Shown piece after piece: positions 60,987-64,000 of a DNA stretch of 64,000 bases. The notes under the pieces were generated by a model that saw only the letters and a list, made by a program, of their open reading frames with translations, was not told the origin of the DNA and did not search any database. Numbering within the stretch: position 1 is the stretch's first letter; the number at the start of each line of letters is the position of its first letter. The DNA comes from Podarcis liolepis (lineage: Eukaryota), in assembly GCA_965112155.1 (NCBI GenBank), contig OZ218107.1. The stretch is one strand, 5' to 3'. A program made the translations under genes and the position numbers.

Positions 60987-62238
60987 GGAGCATATGGATA
61001 ATGTTTGAATCAACCCCAAATGACATAGGTATCTAAGAGTCACTGATATTGCCAGATAACTTCAGCTCAAGCCCACTGCACACTCTGATGTTGCACCTTG
61101 CAGCAATTACTTATTTTTATTTAGGTATTTGTTCTATTTATATTTATTCTATTTATAAATAGAATAGAGGAGTTTGAGAAAGTGTAGATGGTTTTCCTAA
61201 CTCTGTGAGGCAGGTCAGTTGAGAGATCATCTCAACATAGCAAACAGCAAGGAGATTGCAAGAGTGAGTTTTGGTAGGTAACTTTGCATCCTGCAACACA
61301 ATGAATCATTTCACCTTGGGAAAATCTTATTTAAATACTGACCAGACATGCTGGCTTTGCTTTTGCAACATCTGACAGGATCGCAGCAGAGGTGGCATGG
61401 CTGCAGGCGAACAGTTCTTCCTTGTATGGAATTTTTTGGCTTCTCCCATGACGACGGCCCTCAGATCCCTGCTTAGTAACAAAGAGATTTTCCTTCTCTT
61501 GAGTCCTCACAACAACAGCCTCACCCACGTAGAAACCAGCTCATCTTCGGCAAATAAGTTTCCCAGAGGTCTCTAATTTCAAGAACACTCTAGTTGCTTT
61601 AAGGAGTTGTGTGTTTGTGTGTGTAACAATTGCAGGAATATGACAGTTAAGAATTACATTTAAGTACAGCACGAGAAAGCAGCTGTCTTTAAATCCATGA
61701 TCTTTAAATCTATGAGACTTTTCTTTAAATCGGTGAGATTGTCATTTGAGTCTCCAAAGCTCTTCAATCACATGGCTGGGCATTCTTTTCAATCCTCTCA
61801 CCCAAAGTAAACAAGCTATATGGCCCGGTCAACATACTGGAGCTTTGCTTGGGTTCTACACCTGCTGCAAGATATGATAAGAAGGGCTATTTTCTTTCTG
61901 CATGATGGTAGATACCAACTTTACTGGCCATTACATATGTAGACTCCTATTGGGAAATGTACTGATTCCAAGATGACTGCGACATAAAAATGTCACTTTT
62001 TTCCATATCTGAACCTGACCAACTAATGTATGAGAGTATGCGTGGTGTCATTTCTGTAGCTTTTGCAGTCAAGGAATCACTGAACATTAAAATACATATT
62101 GTTTTAATACAATGGGCTGGATCCAGATTAATTTACTAGCATTACAATTATATTGAGGTCAATGTGAAAGTTAGTTGTGACTTACTCAATAGAACCCAAG
62201 TGCAACTAATTCAGTATGGATCCAATCCATTTAAAATA

Positions 62239-62488
62239 CAGTCGTACCTTGGAAGTCGAACAGAATCCATACTGAAAGTTCATTTGACTTCCAAAGTGTT
62301 CGGAAACCAAAGCGCGGCTTCTGATTGGCTGCAGGAAGCTCCTGCAGCCAATCAGAAGCCACAGAAGCCCCGTTGGACGTTTGGCTTCCAAAAATAGTTT
62401 GCAAACTGGAACAGTCACTTCCAGGTTTGCGGTGTTCAGGAAACAAAACGTTCGAGAACTAAGCTGTTAAAAAAACAAGGTACAACTG
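62239..62488. mobile_element. Tc1/mariner (Tigger-like) MITE
   Basis: TIRs cagtcgtaccttg / caaggtacaactg; TA on both sides; internal perfect 21-bp inverted repeat. Confidence 0.85.
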
Positions 62489-63401
62489 TAATCATGCTAT
62501 AATTTGTGTCTGCTTTCCTTGTTTTTTTTTACAGGTGCACTCACCTGATACAATGTCATAACCCTTTGAAAGGGAAGCAAATCATATAAACTGGACAATG
62601 ACCAGGTCTAGATAAGTCAAGTTCTTTCTCACAGCCACCCCGTCCCCCAAATAGATTCACTGACCAATTATTAAATGATGCCTCGTTAGTGTTTTCTAAG
62701 AGAATTAAAAATATTGACGAGCTACCCACATACATTGATCTAAATAACCTTCATGAAGGCCACAATGGAATGGAAAACACATTTCTTTGAGGAAAGCTAT
62801 GTTGCATGAAAATGTGCATTGCTCTACAACTTTATTAAGCTGCAAGGAGCAAGAAAAACAGGCAGAAGGGGACATAAATGAGCAACTATCGATCTGGTCC
62901 AAGTTTACGCACACAACAAAATAAGATATATGTTTTGCTGCAAATGTTCGGCTTTAGCTCACAATACACAATTAGAATCTAAATGTTCCAGCTTTTGATG
63001 TAGACAGAATGGTCTAACAGTGTGTGACTGAACCACAATATGGCAAACTAATCCCCATGCTGCACTTTGGTGAAACAACCACCTTGAAAGTGAAATATCA
63101 TACATAATGTTTATTTGGTTTCACAACCAGGGCAAGTGATTTCATGATGAAGAAGAGAACAGTTATTATGTTTGAAGGGGTAGCTTTTATTGACGCAATA
63201 CACTGTATGGAAGATGCTCTGATGAGAGTGCATGAAACACACTTCTTATTCAAAATGGAGGCGCTTACTGAAATGTACAAAGCACAGATCACAGAACTGC
63301 TGAGGACCTACAGTCAAGACCCTTATAATGAGTCCATATCTGGCTGTGTGAAAGGGTTATTTCAGATTTGCCAAAAAATATTGTGAAACATTCAGGAAGA
63401 A

Positions 63402-63403
<2 letters not shown>

Positions 63404-63444
<41 letters not shown>
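63404..63444. repeat. (CA)n microsatellite
   Basis: Direct reading. Confidence 0.97.
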
Positions 63445-63446
<2 letters not shown>

Positions 63447-63837
63447 AACATGGTAAACAAAGTTCCTAGAGAATATTACAGTGAAAATATACAAACCCCG
63501 ATTCATGTTGCAAGAGTGATTGGATAAAAAATGGCTGAGCACATCAGTACTTTTAATAGCCAATTGAACAATCATCAAATTAAATCTGTACTTCAAGCAC
63601 TGGTTGTTGTTATGAATACGATCCTTTATTGATCATGCATCAGAGGAATGGATGATGTTATCACTCAAAGTCAACTATCACAATATCACAAACAAAGTTG
63701 GAAGCAAACTAGAGGCACAATGAGAGATACCAGACTGACAGAGAACCTCCTTTGCCAGTATCCTTGGTAGTCTATGAGAAAGTGAGTAAAAAGGAAATTA
63801 TAGTAACATTACAGAACCTTGCCATGTCGATCTCATA

Positions 63838-64000
63838 TTTAATTTATTTATTTGAAGCATTTCTTAAAACCCTGCTCTGCAACAGAAAAAGGCTCTCAGA
63901 GTGGCTTAACAAATATCAGTAATAAGACAGTTGCTCCTTCCATGATTAAAATCAGAAAGACATGACCCAAAAGAAAATGGGAATGGGGGAGGTGAGCCGG
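63838..64000 (-). mobile_element. L2-like LINE 3' end running off the window
   Basis: (ttta)n, then ggctctcagagtggctt..taagacagt..aaagacatgacccaaaag..gggaatggggga. Confidence 0.55.

Noticed and set aside
63210-63250. ctgatga-gagtgcat-gaaac resembling a minimal Penelope-type hammerhead
   Set aside because: Stem II lacks the G-C closing pair, stem III cannot form, and no stem I complement follows the putative cleavage site.
36000-64000. EMP1 or another neighbouring coding gene
   Set aside because: I found no PMP22/EMP/claudin-like translation (such as the W-GLW-C motif) or coherent exon chain on either strand; very small exons could have been missed.

Overview
This is vertebrate genomic DNA, almost certainly from a lacertid lizard: it carries a Podarcis/Lacerta-type Sauria SINE plus squamate CR1, L2, tRNA-SINE and MITE repeats. 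The only protein-coding gene I can support is the 3' end of GRIN2B (NMDA receptor subunit GluN2B) on the + strand. Its last four coding exons are 2139-2299, 4530-4717, 5244-5482 and 8009-9907. They have canonical AG/GT junctions and matching phases, and encode the S2 ligand-binding lobe, M4 and the cytoplasmic tail ending in ESDV. After the stop codon comes a TE-poor stretch of about 26 kb (9908 to ~35920) that looks like an ultra-long 3' UTR. It has several candidate poly(A) sites (13.6, 15.5, 24.0 and 35.9 kb), PUM, CPE and MBNL-type motif clusters, G-rich tracts and fold-back elements. The stretch from ~38 to 64 kb is TE-rich intergenic DNA with a few motif clusters that could be enhancers. 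Five N blocks look like length-preserving masks, since the one in the CDS keeps the frame. I found no prokaryote-type system (CRISPR, operon, phage) and no intact transposase or RT gene. The best candidate for something under-described is the post-transcriptional control architecture of the giant UTR. All comparisons to human or other sequences are from memory and need checking by alignment.
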